Shown here: positions 1-9,951 of the stretch, piece by piece
Layout of the letters: each line of letters begins with the position of its first letter
Numbering within the stretch: position 1 is the first letter of the stretch
IMG/VR virus record: IMGVR_UViG_3300023296_001674
Direction: 5' to 3' (one strand)
Length of the DNA: 64,000 nt
Source: a virus
The notes under the pieces: generated by a model
Database searches by the model: none
Told to the model about the DNA's origin: nothing
Seen by the model: the letters and a program-made list of their open reading frames with translations, nothing else
Program-made: the position numbers and the translations under genes

Positions 1-239
1 ATATTGGATAAGATAATAAATTCATTCAATGTTCTTGTTTGTGTGATATTGCAACACTTATTGCATCCAATGCTACGTATATGATCGGCTGCACGTTGTT
101 CAAATATACCATGATCGTCGCATATTATTTTTATTTTAGAATGTGAATGACTATATTCAACTAATGAATAATCATATACATCACCGTGAACGGCGATAGC
201 TTCTTGTATGAATTTAGTGGTGGTTTTTCTTCTTGACAT
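1..239 (-). CDS. homing-endonuclease-like protein, N-terminal part of a third paralog (gene runs off left edge)
   Basis: Minus-strand ATG at 239..237 translates MSRRKTTTKFIQEAIAVHGDVYDYSL..KIKIICDDHGIFEQ, near-identical to N-termini of CDS 6537..7271 and 11698..12435; 5' leader (241-330) also conserved with 12436-12530. Confidence 0.55.
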   Translation of the reverse strand, partial: MSRRKTTTKFIQEAIAVHGDVYDYSLVEYSHSHSKIKIICDDHGIFEQRAADHIRSIGCNKCCNITQTRTLNEFIILSN

Positions 240-408
240 GTGTTATCCTTCCGGGTTATAAATACGTGTGGCGGTTGGATTACCTTCCGGTGTCCAATGT
301 GATGAATGTTCGTAGCAAACATCACGCCGTCATTTTTATTTATCATTATTTCCTTGACATATAATATCAAACTGGTATTATAATAAAAACCACATAGGAG
401 ATTTAACA

Positions 409-618
409 ATGAAAAAGTTCTGGATTATTTTTAGCACTACGTCTGACCCAAGACGATGTTCGAAACCAACACGAGAGGCGAAAAAGCATTATGATAAAGA
501 AAAAGCCTTGACTGAGTTGAACAGACTTGCTAAACAAGAACGAGGCAGAGAATTTATTTTGTTGGAATCTATTTGTTCTGCTGTTGTAACAGATGTTGCA
601 ATCACGCCGCATACCTGA
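409..618 (+). CDS. hypothetical small early protein
   Basis: ORF track; TTGACA-N17-ATTATAAT promoter ~358-390; RBS taggag; stop overlaps next start (TGATG). Confidence 0.6.
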   Translation: MKKFWIIFSTTSDPRRCSKPTREAKKHYDKEKALTELNRLAKQERGREFILLESICSAVVTDVAITPHT

Positions 619-824
619 TGCAAATATTTTGGATCATATTTAACTTATCAGGCAATCCAGAACGGGAATCAAAACCCGCCTATAAGTTAAAGCAATACAC
701 CGATGAACAAAAAGCATTGGCAGAATTGGAACGCTTATCAAAGTTTTATACTGGACAAAAATATGTCCTAATGGAAACCGTTGGTTATGCCGACAAAGAT
801 GGAGTTAAAAATGCCAAAATCTAA
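618..824 (+). CDS. hypothetical small early protein, tandem paralog of 409..618
   Basis: Internal ATG of track ORF 573..824; shares FWIIF...KAL(T/A)EL(N/E)RL with upstream gene; translationally coupled. Confidence 0.55.
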   Translation: MQIFWIIFNLSGNPERESKPAYKLKQYTDEQKALAELERLSKFYTGQKYVLMETVGYADKDGVKNAKI

Positions 825-1344
825 AGGAATGATTCTACCTAACCCAAATCGTAAGGCTGGCGACTTGGTTGTATATGGCTTGATCCCCACCGATCTACCG
901 TCGTTGCGTGAACCTAATGGCGTTGGCTCTAAGGGTGGAAAATGCGCAGCGCATGGGCATCACGGGGGCGTTCAAATGCTTAAGTATGCCAATCATCCAG
1001 ACGTCCAAGCATACATCGAAGACGGTAATGCACATGGCGCGGATTACTTTAATACGTGTATCACACTTGATGCACATAGCAAACAGATTGATTCAATCAT
1101 CGAAACCGCACAGTTGTTGGGTTATGTTGCTGATAAAGTAACTGACCCAGAATATCCGTGGTTCGTTGATCGTGAGACTGCTAAGTGGATGGACACTGAT
1201 AACGTTCAGATCATTTGGGACGTCCAGAAAGGTAACACGGTTCTTGCTCTTCGTAAAGCAACGACGTTTGGTTGGTTGCTAGGCGACAAAGGTAATGATC
1301 CAATTTTTCGTGGGCTGGTTGGCGCACTTACATTAGCTGAATAG
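811..1344 (+). CDS. hypothetical protein
   Basis: Track ORF 781..1344 trimmed to ATG with GGAG RBS. Confidence 0.55.
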   Translation: MPKSKGMILPNPNRKAGDLVVYGLIPTDLPSLREPNGVGSKGGKCAAHGHHGGVQMLKYANHPDVQAYIEDGNAHGADYFNTCITLDAHSKQIDSIIETAQLLGYVADKVTDPEYPWFVDRETAKWMDTDNVQIIWDVQKGNTVLALRKATTFGWLLGDKGNDPIFRGLVGALTLAE

Positions 1345-1356
1345 AAAGGGCACATT

Positions 1357-1569
1357 ATGACACTTAATGAATGGTCAACCATCTGCACAATCAAACAAGA
1401 GCCTTCATACCGATTCGTCGGCAATGAAGGCGTTGTTGCTCTACGCATGGAACGTAAGTGTTGGCTGCGTGTCAAAGGCGACAAGACATATACCGTAACC
1501 CCATTGGGTGAAGGAATTTACACTGAAAACAAAGACACGTGGAACGACGAAAGTCGTTTCAAACTTTGA
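1357..1569 (+). CDS. hypothetical protein
   Basis: ORF track; RBS aaaggg. Confidence 0.55.
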   Translation: MTLNEWSTICTIKQEPSYRFVGNEGVVALRMERKCWLRVKGDKTYTVTPLGEGIYTENKDTWNDESRFKL

Positions 1570-1594
1570 ATACGCATACCAGAAGGAACGAGTA

Positions 1595-1795
1595 ATGAAT
1601 AAACAATATGAAGACGTCGACTTTGATACACTTAATAACGAATTTGCGAACGAACGAATAAGTGATTTTCCAGATGGATTAATCAAAGATACGACAATAG
1701 TCGTCGATCAGTATGGATTTAAAATAAAAAACCCAACATTAGAAATCGAAGAGGATGGATTCATAACTGTATTCCCACCAATCATAAAAGAATAA
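1595..1795 (+). CDS. hypothetical protein
   Basis: Track ORF 1508..1795 trimmed to ATG after aaggaacgag RBS; followed by bidirectional terminator. Confidence 0.5.
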   Translation: MNKQYEDVDFDTLNNEFANERISDFPDGLIKDTTIVVDQYGFKIKNPTLEIEEDGFITVFPPIIKE

Positions 1796-1797
1796 AA

Positions 1798-1843
1798 GAA
1801 AACCCATAGGTCTAATTCAATAGCACCTATGGGTTTTTCTATA
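1798..1843. terminator. bidirectional rho-independent terminator between convergent genes
   Basis: aaaacCCATAGGTctaattcaatagcACCTATGGGttttt; A-run one side, T-run other. Confidence 0.6.
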
Positions 1844-1852
1844 TGGGTTCTA

Positions 1853-2503
1853 TTAGAATGTCATGCAATTTTCTATGACTCGAAGTTGAACATTTCCTAA
1901 ACTGCGATGTCTGGTTTGTTTTAGGTTGAGTTTGAATTTAATATCATCACTTTCTTCTAAGACTTTAGCAAACAGTTCGGGTTGCATTGTTAATCCAATA
2001 TACAATAACCGCATAGTGCTTAATATCTTTCTTATTGGTTTGTCGAGTACAACTATTTCCTTGCCGGTAATAAGTGCGATAAACTTATCAAGGTTCATAC
2101 AACCACGCACTGAGTTGCATTCGGAACAAGCCATAGCAAAGTTATGCTTGAAATTAGAACCACCTTTTGTCCTTGCAACAACATGTTCAACCGTGGCGCG
2201 GTTAGTGTCGTGGTGTGGAATCGCATCACCGTCGTCCAGTTTTGGATACCACATTGGGTCACCACAATAGCAGCATCTATGATTTTGTGCTTCTAATAAT
2301 TTGATATTGCGGCGGCGGAGAAATCGAGTATTTCTACCGCGTTTATTTTTACGCGTATTTTCTTTAGTTTTTTCTACGTTGCCACCATTAGCCGCATCAT
2401 TCTCGAGACGTAGCGCACGCACTTCTTCGAGAGACATGCCTTTTTCTCGCTCACGTTTGTGTTTTCGTTTTTCGGTTCGTCTGAGTTTTCCTAATGGTGT
2501 CAT
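1853..2503 (-). CDS. HNH endonuclease with basic N-terminal region
   Basis: CxxC...HHDTNRATVEHVVARTKGGSNFKHNFAMACSECNSVRG = HNH motif. Confidence 0.75.
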   Translation of the reverse strand: MTPLGKLRRTEKRKHKREREKGMSLEEVRALRLENDAANGGNVEKTKENTRKNKRGRNTRFLRRRNIKLLEAQNHRCCYCGDPMWYPKLDDGDAIPHHDTNRATVEHVVARTKGGSNFKHNFAMACSECNSVRGCMNLDKFIALITGKEIVVLDKPIRKILSTMRLLYIGLTMQPELFAKVLEESDDIKFKLNLKQTRHRSLGNVQLRVIENCMTF

Positions 2504-2556
2504 TACAAATCCTTTCAGTGGGGATAGTATAGAACCATCCCCACTGATGTCAAGGG

Positions 2557-3096
2557 TTATCGCATTTGTTTATGAATCAGTGAACCACCGTTTGGCTTAC
2601 GCTTACACTTAGGGTGATATCGATTTTCTGCGTTTGCAAGTTTACGCTGTCTTGGTATCACTGTGCCACAATCTTTGCATGTATATGTATGCTTTGCGAC
2701 TTTCTTGCGTATTTCGTTAAGAATGGTAGATGAACCACATCGTTTAACGTTCGTTATTCCAAGATCAAACATTATTACACGCCATTCTCTACCATGTGCA
2801 GCAATCTTTCTGCCATTGATATAAGAACCAAATCGTTCTTTGACGAGTATGTGTGCTGTTTCATGTAGCAGTGTGTTAATAAAATCATCCATTTCTTCTG
2901 GTTTCACTGCACCATGCAAATAATATTCGCTGGTTACTTCGACCAGTTTCTTGGAATACTTACAGCAACCAAAGCGATTCTTTGCACGCCAATTGATTGC
3001 GAATTTCCATTGTTCTAATGCATCAAAATCATCACCAGCCGCGTTTCTAACACGATCTAATAAATCGAATTTTTCAAGATATGTAAGAAGTTTCAT
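2557..3096 (-). CDS. SprT-like zinc metallopeptidase-domain protein with C-terminal zinc ribbon
   Basis: LLHETAHILV (HExxH) ...HGREW; C-terminal CKDCG...HPKCK. Confidence 0.6.
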   Translation of the reverse strand: MKLLTYLEKFDLLDRVRNAAGDDFDALEQWKFAINWRAKNRFGCCKYSKKLVEVTSEYYLHGAVKPEEMDDFINTLLHETAHILVKERFGSYINGRKIAAHGREWRVIMFDLGITNVKRCGSSTILNEIRKKVAKHTYTCKDCGTVIPRQRKLANAENRYHPKCKRKPNGGSLIHKQMR

Positions 3097-3222
3097 GGTA
3101 GTTCCTTCCGTTTCAATAAGTGCATTAGATACTATAGTGTATATGATGTCAACACTTTATTTTCACTTGACACCATTGTGCAATCGTGTATAGTGATAAT
3201 CCAAACAACGAAAGGAACCGTT

Positions 3223-3414
3223 ATGTTATCAGAAGAAGAAAAACGTTTTATTGCATTTTGTGCCGAACTTGGCAAACTTTCCGTGAAACATGGCGTTACC
3301 ATTTATTCATGTGGTGGTGTTACTATTCACGACGTGCCATTATTAGAAGTGCTTTACATCGACGATGTATCAAGTGGTGATTTGGATTCAGTTATTGTAG
3401 AAAAGGAAATATAA
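3223..3414 (+). CDS. hypothetical protein
   Basis: Track ORF 3178..3414 trimmed; TTGACA-N17-TATAGT promoter ~3156-3184; RBS aaaggaa. Confidence 0.55.
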   Translation: MLSEEEKRFIAFCAELGKLSVKHGVTIYSCGGVTIHDVPLLEVLYIDDVSSGDLDSVIVEKEI

Positions 3415-3800
3415 TGCCAACACTAAACATATGGGAATTACCGGACAACACTGAAGTTGTTTATATCGACGTTGAAGGAAATCGTGTAACTGGTCGATTG
3501 GTAGAGAATTATGGTTCATATTTTGAATTCGTGCCAAAAGACGAAGATGCAAGTATGATGATTATGCATGACGTGGTTGATACCGTTGTTAAAGTCAGCG
3601 CAATAAAAACGGTTTCATTTGATTTTATCATGGATTCGTTTGTGTCTATACAGGCACCCGAAGGCACTGATCCTGATACATTGATTGAAAAAGCGATGAT
3701 TGCGTTTCATGATTTATTGGCTGCGAATCAAGCCGATGTCATATTTGATTCAACCATTCCAACATCTGAAAACACCGACCCATATGGAAACAAGTTATGA
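3414..3800 (+). CDS. hypothetical protein
   Basis: ORF track; start overlaps upstream stop (TAATG). Confidence 0.6.
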   Translation: MPTLNIWELPDNTEVVYIDVEGNRVTGRLVENYGSYFEFVPKDEDASMMIMHDVVDTVVKVSAIKTVSFDFIMDSFVSIQAPEGTDPDTLIEKAMIAFHDLLAANQADVIFDSTIPTSENTDPYGNKL

Positions 3801-4150
3801 AAATATTTGAACCCATCGAACAATTATTTGATGAAATGGAAGAGACCGGCATTAATATTGCACGCGCCGCAATAAGTGTCGAACTGAAAGCATTGAATGA
3901 AATGTTTCCGCGTCATACGTTCATGTATGAAGGACGACAATGTTTGGATTATGTCAAGGTTTCGCCGCCGTTGCTTGGTGAAGAAAAACTTGTACCTTGG
4001 ACATTTTCTGGTCCTAATTATTGGGATGGCAGGGCGAGTCAATTCCCCGCAATACAAAACATGGTGGAACACTTACAGCGGATTAATGATATCCATACCG
4101 AGTTGACTGTAATTACCCGCCGCAATACTGGTGTAGAAGAAGTTTTCTAA
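3797..4150 (+). CDS. hypothetical protein
   Basis: ORF track; ATGA overlap. Confidence 0.6.
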   Translation: MKIFEPIEQLFDEMEETGINIARAAISVELKALNEMFPRHTFMYEGRQCLDYVKVSPPLLGEEKLVPWTFSGPNYWDGRASQFPAIQNMVEHLQRINDIHTELTVITRRNTGVEEVF

Positions 4151-4159
4151 ACAAAGGGG

Positions 4160-4208
4160 TTGACATAGCCCCTTGACTTCCCTACTATACTGGTAGGGAG
4201 GGATGAGG
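4160..4208 (+). repeat. E-element copy 1 (sigma70-like promoter + TAGGGAGGGATGAGG box), plus orientation
   Basis: TTGACA-N17-TACTAT then ctggTAGGGAGGGATGAGG; one of 12 copies of this module. Confidence 0.6.
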
Positions 4209-4325
4209 TTTATTTGGCTGCGAAAAATAACTGCACCAAAATGAAATAAAGTATTGACACCTTCTATCCAACCTGTATAATACCCACAGATTGAACGAAA
4301 CGACTTACCCCGAAGGAACGAACAA

Positions 4326-4664
4326 ATGGCTGATTCAAATTTTGTAGCGAAGCGAGTAGATGCCGGTGTCCCAATATGGACAATATTTGCTTACGGTAGG
4401 GACATTGGTTCTGCTACGGTTTTCGATTGGGAAGACGAAGGCCCAATGGCAACTGTTCGTTATGGGTATGATGATTTACCAGTTACGTTTTCGGGTTCTT
4501 CTATACGCGATGTATTGGCTAAGGTTGGCGCATTTTTGCGCACCATTGATTCTGATATGGAAGGCGAAGCCGCCGCCGAGTATTATAGCGAAGTTACAGG
4601 ACCAATGGAAGCGGCGGAGCGTTTAGCAGAACGCGGGTATCGGGATGATGACCCTATTTGGTAA
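4326..4664 (+). CDS. hypothetical protein
   Basis: ORF track; TTGACA-N16-TATAAT ~4254-4282; RBS gaaggaa. Confidence 0.6.
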   Translation: MADSNFVAKRVDAGVPIWTIFAYGRDIGSATVFDWEDEGPMATVRYGYDDLPVTFSGSSIRDVLAKVGAFLRTIDSDMEGEAAAEYYSEVTGPMEAAERLAERGYRDDDPIW

Positions 4665-4727
4665 TAGGGGTTGACATTAGGAATTGGGTGGTCTATAACG
4701 CCCTGAACTTAACAAAGGAACAAACAA

Positions 4728-4952
4728 ATGTATAGCGTATATGATAGTTCGAGAGACCCGCGCATGGTAATACCCGAAGTTATGGCACGGACTGTATTCG
4801 ATAGTATTATCGGCGAGTGGAAAATTGCCAAGTTAAAGGGTGGCGAAACTGAACGACGGTTTAAAGTTAAAGAATCGGCGCAATTCGTATTCGATAAACT
4901 TGGCGGTTTTACTATTTGTTTTATTGAAGGCGACTTAATAATTAAGGGTTGA
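4728..4952 (+). CDS. hypothetical protein
   Basis: ORF track; promoter TTGACA..TATAAC ~4669-4697. Confidence 0.55.
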   Translation: MYSVYDSSRDPRMVIPEVMARTVFDSIIGEWKIAKLKGGETERRFKVKESAQFVFDKLGGFTICFIEGDLIIKG

Positions 4953-5002
4953 CTCGCCCAATCCAATAGGCTATACAATAGGTCAACCAACGGAGAGAGA
5001 TT

Positions 5003-6511
5003 ATGCAAATACCAGAAATCACACTTTCAACGCAGCAAGTTAATATTCTTGATTGGGTTAAATCAGGAAAAGGTAATGTCATTATCGAAGCTGTAGCTGG
5101 CAGTGGTAAGACCTTCACATTGGTTGAAGCCGTTAAGTTGATGGTAGGCACTGTATTCCTTGGTGCTTATAACTCTGCTATGGGTTATGAGTTGAAGGAA
5201 AAAACCAAGGGCATGAAAAATGTTCGGGCTGGCACGTTCCATAGTGCAGGCTTTGGCGCACTTCAATATCGTTACGGAAAAATGCAAGTTGATGCTAACA
5301 AAGTGCGAGATATCGTTAATGGTATGGCGGAGGGCGACGACTTGTTTGCTGTATACGGCAACTTCATTAACAAGATGGTAGCACTTGCCAAGGATTCCGG
5401 CATTGGGTTCTTTAATAAAATTAACGACCCTATCATGTGGAATGAACTTGTTGATAAGCACGACCTTATGGATCAACTCGACGAACACTTAACAGTTGAT
5501 GTTGGTATTCAGTTATCAATGGACGTCTTAAAGGCATCTAACTCTAATCTTAAAGTTATTGATTTTAGTGATATGATTTATCTTGTATTGTTAAACAACC
5601 TCCGCCTTTTCCAACAAGATTGGGTTTTGGTTGACGAAGCCCAAGATACCAATAGCACGCGACGCGCACTGGCAAAGAAAATGTTAAAACCCGGTGGGCG
5701 TTTGATCGCGGTTGGTGATCCTCGCCAAGCAATCTTTGGCTTCACTGGTGCTGATTCCGATGCGCTGGACTTGATCTCCAAGGACTTCGGTACAACGACG
5801 CTTCCTTTGACTAGCACGTTCCGTTGCCCTAAATCGGTTGTTAAACACGCCCAACAATGGGTATCACACATTGAAGCGTATGATACTAATATCGAAGGCG
5901 AAGTTATCAACGCTAAATTCGACGACGTGTTCGGTGAAAAATCCGAATATAAGTTTACCGGTTCCGATGCAATCATTTGCCGCCTTAACGCGCCTATCGT
6001 TGAACTTGCATTCAAGTTGATTCGTAAGGGTGTTCCTTGCCGCATTGAAGGTAGAGATATCGGCACACAACTTGCAGCACTTGCAAACAAGTGGAAAGTA
6101 GTCCGCCTTGACGCCTTACGCAATCGCCTTGAGAAGTATAAGGAACGTGAAGTATCTAAGGCTATGGCAAAAGGGCAAGAACAGAAAGCCGGTAGCATTA
6201 CTGACCGCGTGGGCTGCCTTAATGTTCTTATCGAACGCGCCGAAGAAAAGAAACTTGACGTTGCTGGTTTGATTGTAATGATCAAGGGCATGTTTTCAGA
6301 CGCCCAAGATAAAACCACAAATAAGAACATTTTGGTTTTATCATCCGTTCATAAATCAAAAGGTAAAGAATGGCCTAGAGTGTTCTTGTTAGGACGCCAA
6401 GAAAATATGCCAAGTCCTTTTGCTAGACAGACATGGCAACTTTTACAAGAGGATAACCTTATCTACGTTGCTGTAACGAGGGCGATGGAAACGTTAATCG
6501 AAGTGGATTAA
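5003..6511 (+). CDS. SF1 UvrD/PcrA-like DNA helicase
   Basis: AVAGSGKTFTL (Walker A), VDEAQDTN, GDPRQAIFGFTGA, TFRCP, VLSSVHKSKGKEWPRVFL. Confidence 0.8.
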   Translation: MQIPEITLSTQQVNILDWVKSGKGNVIIEAVAGSGKTFTLVEAVKLMVGTVFLGAYNSAMGYELKEKTKGMKNVRAGTFHSAGFGALQYRYGKMQVDANKVRDIVNGMAEGDDLFAVYGNFINKMVALAKDSGIGFFNKINDPIMWNELVDKHDLMDQLDEHLTVDVGIQLSMDVLKASNSNLKVIDFSDMIYLVLLNNLRLFQQDWVLVDEAQDTNSTRRALAKKMLKPGGRLIAVGDPRQAIFGFTGADSDALDLISKDFGTTTLPLTSTFRCPKSVVKHAQQWVSHIEAYDTNIEGEVINAKFDDVFGEKSEYKFTGSDAIICRLNAPIVELAFKLIRKGVPCRIEGRDIGTQLAALANKWKVVRLDALRNRLEKYKEREVSKAMAKGQEQKAGSITDRVGCLNVLIERAEEKKLDVAGLIVMIKGMFSDAQDKTTNKNILVLSSVHKSKGKEWPRVFLLGRQENMPSPFARQTWQLLQEDNLIYVAVTRAMETLIEVD

Positions 6512-6536
6512 CTATGGTTTTTTGATAAATACTTAT

Positions 6537-7271
6537 ATGGTAAAACGCAAAACAACAGAACAGTTTATACAAGAATCGACTGCAATTCATGGTGATGTAT
6601 ATGATTATTCATTGACCAATTATATCAATAGACGTACCAAAGTAAAAATAATATGCACCGTTCATGGTATATATGAACAAACTGCGGGAAATCATTTATA
6701 TCAAAAACAAGGTTGCTCAAAATGTGCCGGTGATAAACAGGCATCGAGACAGCGAAAATCACTATCACAGTTTATTCAAGAGGCAACAATAGTTCACGAT
6801 TCTTTATATGATTATTCGTTGGTGGATTACAATCATACTGATATAAAAGTAAAAATAATATGCCCAACGCATGATATATTTAAGCAAACGCCGCATGATC
6901 ATTTACATGGAAAAGGTTGCCCTAAATGCGTTCATACTATATCAAAAGGTGAAACTAACTGGCTTAATCGCATTGGTTTACCAGACGATACACAACATAG
7001 ACAAGTGCGCTTGCCTATGAATAATAATAAAAATCGAAGGGTTGATGGTTATGATCCATTAACCAATACTGTTTATGAATTTCATGGTGATTACTGGCAT
7101 GGCAACCCCGCACGTTTTAATCTCGATGATATAAACCCAACCATTAAAAAACCATACAGACAACTCTATGAAGCCACCTTAACCAAGGAAGTGCTTATCA
7201 AAGATTCCGGTTATAATCTTGTAGTTATGTGGGAGCATGATTGGAAAGCTCATCCCTCCCTAACAGTATAA
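6537..7271 (+). CDS. homing-endonuclease-like protein (tandem zinc-ribbon-like repeats + C-terminal EDxHD/Vsr-like nuclease motif)
   Basis: Two repeats KVKIICxxHGIFxQTPxxHLxGKGCxKC; C-terminus VDGYDPLTNTVYEFHGDYWHGNP; paralog of 11698..12435 and 1..239; start uncertain (track gives TTG 6522). Confidence 0.6.
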   Translation: MVKRKTTEQFIQESTAIHGDVYDYSLTNYINRRTKVKIICTVHGIYEQTAGNHLYQKQGCSKCAGDKQASRQRKSLSQFIQEATIVHDSLYDYSLVDYNHTDIKVKIICPTHDIFKQTPHDHLHGKGCPKCVHTISKGETNWLNRIGLPDDTQHRQVRLPMNNNKNRRVDGYDPLTNTVYEFHGDYWHGNPARFNLDDINPTIKKPYRQLYEATLTKEVLIKDSGYNLVVMWEHDWKAHPSLTV

Positions 7272-7404
7272 TATTAAATTACTCGTAAAAAAGCAATGAT
7301 TATTTTTATAATATGACGTAAATTACTTGTTGACATTGGTTCAGTTAGTTTGTAATATCTTTTTATCAGAACATCATACATTCACAAATGAAAGATTGAA
7401 AATA

Positions 7405-7824
7405 ATGCCAACATATCGAAAAAGAATACTCATATCAGAATTCGCTGAACCAGAAATATTTTTTGAATATAAAGGTGTGAAAATATATCATACTTATACA
7501 GACAATGCTGAAACACTTTCATCATTGAATTTTGACCGTGATTGTAAAAGCAAGCGGTTGTTTACCACGAACAAAAAATGCGGCATGGTTCCCATGTTTG
7601 ATGTTTATTTTGAAAACGATCTTCGTGTATGGGACAAACAATCAAAAAATGAAACCCGTGGGGTGTTTAACATTCAAAACATTCCAAATCCTAAAGGGCA
7701 TCATATTACGACTCATGCTGGTATTTCAAGAGTTCTTATGGAAGCAATTGACACCGGTTGGATTAAAACTAATAAAACACCAGAGTGTATTCACGATTGT
7801 CATATACTCGCACATCCAAAATAA
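7405..7824 (+). CDS. hypothetical protein (Cys/His-rich C-terminus)
   Basis: Track ORF trimmed; TTGACA-N17-TAATAT ~7330-7358. Confidence 0.5.
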   Translation: MPTYRKRILISEFAEPEIFFEYKGVKIYHTYTDNAETLSSLNFDRDCKSKRLFTTNKKCGMVPMFDVYFENDLRVWDKQSKNETRGVFNIQNIPNPKGHHITTHAGISRVLMEAIDTGWIKTNKTPECIHDCHILAHPK

Positions 7825-7913
7825 TCACATCAAGGGGAGAAGTAAAACCTTTTCCCCTTGACTAACTTTAATAAGTGTGCTATGAATATATCATAATTGA
7901 AAAGGATACGAAA

Positions 7914-8138
7914 ATGCATAACGCAGATGTTCTACATAATGCCTTACTTACCGCAACGATGATGATGCGTAAAGGTCGTGCGTTTAAGATTGTTAGATAT
8001 TCACCCAAACAAGAAACGGTTTATTATAGACCATTTTTCGCCAACGACCTGACTGACATACGCACTGACGAGTTGGATCACTTGTGCGACGATGATTCGA
8101 TTCAGTTATTCACCACAACGCAACTCGAAACACAATAA
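7914..8138 (+). CDS. hypothetical protein
   Basis: Track ORF trimmed to ATG after aaaaggatacgaaa. Confidence 0.5.
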   Translation: MHNADVLHNALLTATMMMRKGRAFKIVRYSPKQETVYYRPFFANDLTDIRTDELDHLCDDDSIQLFTTTQLETQ

Positions 8139-8147
8139 GGAAAACCG

Positions 8148-8345
8148 ATGCAAACTTATACCACCCCACGCTTAACGAACATAAGTGATACATTTCGCGC
8201 CGACGTTGCTGCGGGTGAATTAACTACATGGTGTGAAGAAAACAGTGTAGGTGCTTGGTTCATCCACGCCGTTGATCATGTGGAGTTTGAATTCCCCACA
8301 GATGCCAAACAATTTATGATGAAGTTTTGGGAGCTAGACTCCTAA
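8148..8345 (+). CDS. hypothetical protein
   Basis: ORF track; RBS aaggaaa. Confidence 0.55.
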   Translation: MQTYTTPRLTNISDTFRADVAAGELTTWCEENSVGAWFIHAVDHVEFEFPTDAKQFMMKFWELDS

Positions 8346-8426
8346 AAATCCCCCCGCATGTTCCTACGCAAGTAATGAAGACACTCCATGCGGGGGTTCT
8401 TTTTGTTTTGGCGCACCCAAAAAAAG

Positions 8427-8473
8427 CTCATCCCTCCCTATCAGCATAATAGCAGGGTCAATAGATAAGTCAA
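8427..8473 (-). repeat. E-element copy 2, minus orientation
   Basis: plus strand reads aaaaaaaGCTCATCCCTCCCTATCAG..CATAAT..N17..AGTCAA; i.e. minus-strand TTGACT-N17-ATTATG-ctgaTAGGGAGGGATGAGC-T7; ~90% identical to copy at 18201. Confidence 0.6.
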
Positions 8474-8550
8474 CCATTATTATTAAAAATAAACCATTGA
8501 CAACGGCTTTTGTATTTTATATAATATATAGATTGAAAAGGAGAATTGAA

Positions 8551-8958
8551 ATGTCGCGCACTTATCGTAAGCTTCCTTATTGGTCAAATGATCCAAAATT
8601 AACACGTGAGCGAGGCTCCAAATGGACTGGCATGCGTGTTTTTGTTGCTCCTAATGGAAATGTATTCGGTTGGGATGATGAAGCCCTACGTAAAAAATCA
8701 TCTAAACGTCGCACCAATCGCATTCGCCGTTTGATGGGCAAGAAAGAAATTGTTCTTGCCGTTGCTGCTATGGCAGAAGACGCAATGGAAGACCTCAACG
8801 AAATGATGGATTGGGAAGCCGAAGAGTATTGCGATACATATTACGACGAGTATGAATTGTCTGAATGGGCTGATTGGAAACAGCGTGAAATTGATGATCA
8901 AGCAATTGAAGAATATTATTTAAATGAAGACCCATATTATTACGATTTTGATTATTAA
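8551..8958 (+). CDS. hypothetical protein with acidic/aromatic C-terminus
   Basis: Track ORF trimmed; TTGACA-N18-TATAAT ~8494-8525; RBS aaaggag. Confidence 0.55.
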   Translation: MSRTYRKLPYWSNDPKLTRERGSKWTGMRVFVAPNGNVFGWDDEALRKKSSKRRTNRIRRLMGKKEIVLAVAAMAEDAMEDLNEMMDWEAEEYCDTYYDEYELSEWADWKQREIDDQAIEEYYLNEDPYYYDFDY

Positions 8959-9035
8959 GGGTTGACATCACTATTTGATTTCGTTATGATTCATCCAAGC
9001 TAACAACACAACATAAATCTTGAAAGGATTTAACT

Positions 9036-9293
9036 ATGGCTAATAAATTCACAATCACACGCACTTATGATCGCGATGAAATTATTGACACAGTTAATAA
9101 ATCCATTGAACAAAACGGAACATATCATCAAATCAAATCGTTGCTTGATACTTTATATACTGGATGGTTTTTTGATATAGAAACGGCTTGCGAAGTTGAA
9201 TTGATTTTACGCGAAAAGGGCGATTTTATTCGCGAGTTTTATCAAGAACGGCTAGACGAAATGAATGCTGCCAAGAAATTTGACTTGGTATAA
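9036..9293 (+). CDS. hypothetical protein
   Basis: ORF track; leader aacaacacaacataaatcttgaaaggatttaac repeated at 9308-9342. Confidence 0.55.
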   Translation: MANKFTITRTYDRDEIIDTVNKSIEQNGTYHQIKSLLDTLYTGWFFDIETACEVELILREKGDFIREFYQERLDEMNAAKKFDLV

Positions 9294-9342
9294 CTATTCA
9301 CTTAAGATAACAACACAACATAAATCTTGAAAGGATTTAACA

Positions 9343-9672
9343 ATGTCTAAAACAATTTCCCGCGTAGACTTCATTGAACTTATGGCAGATGCTGCAATGC
9401 GACTTCCAGTAACACGCAAGCGCAAGCCAGAGGATGACCCATCTGAATTCATCGACTTGTTTGATTATGATGCAATGTCAAACGAATGGTCGAAAGGTGT
9501 TCAGTGGCTTCGTGGCGTTGGTGATAGTGGCACTTATAAAGTTCCGACACCCGATGGAACATTCAAGCGCGTTCCAATGCGAACTATTGCTGAAATGCCA
9601 GCGTTCATTCAAGAGATTGTTACCGAGGCACAAACTCATTTGAATATCGATTCGATTGTCGAGATCGCTTAA
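9343..9672 (+). CDS. hypothetical protein
   Basis: ORF track; duplicated leader. Confidence 0.55.
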   Translation: MSKTISRVDFIELMADAAMRLPVTRKRKPEDDPSEFIDLFDYDAMSNEWSKGVQWLRGVGDSGTYKVPTPDGTFKRVPMRTIAEMPAFIQEIVTEAQTHLNIDSIVEIA

Positions 9673-9723
9673 CTAATCTTTAATCATTCGGTGCGATACT
9701 TCTTTATGAAAGGAGTATCGCAC

Positions 9724-9879
9724 ATGATTGATTTTTTATTATACTATTCACTTGGTGGGGTTGTTTGGTGTGTATGGACTGAAGTTCTACACCGGAAAGG
9801 ATTCTTAGCCAGACTAGGGTTGATTGTATTCATCCCTTTTGTTGCAATCACTTTAATGTTGGAATCAATACGAAATTAG
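9724..9879 (+). CDS. small membrane protein
   Basis: Track ORF trimmed to ATG after aaaggag; hydrophobic. Confidence 0.45.
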   Translation: MIDFLLYYSLGGVVWCVWTEVLHRKGFLARLGLIVFIPFVAITLMLESIRN

Positions 9880-9951
9880 TTATTGACTCTTTTATTAAAA
9901 AATGGTACACTTAGTTATACACTTATTATTAACATTTGAAAAGGAATTGTA

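Noticed and set aside
161-409. 82-aa minus-strand ORF from the track
   Set aside because: Wrong frame. The conserved homing-endonuclease paralog N-terminus (MSRRKTTTKF..) is in a different minus frame (1..239) and is the supported reading.
4193-4208. E-element box ACTATACTGGTAGGGAGGGA as a T7/T3-type single-subunit RNAP promoter (cf. ...CACTATAGGGAGA)
   Set aside because: The ACTATA and GGGAGG parts are separated by an extra 5 nt and the upstream -17 to -5 region does not match. The element carries a canonical sigma70 -35/-10 with 17-bp spacing, and no single-subunit RNAP gene is present in the window.
5578-6330. 250-aa minus-strand ORF inside the helicase gene
   Set aside because: Antisense to a CDS carrying all SF1 helicase motifs; Ser/Arg-rich low-complexity translation; no expression signals.
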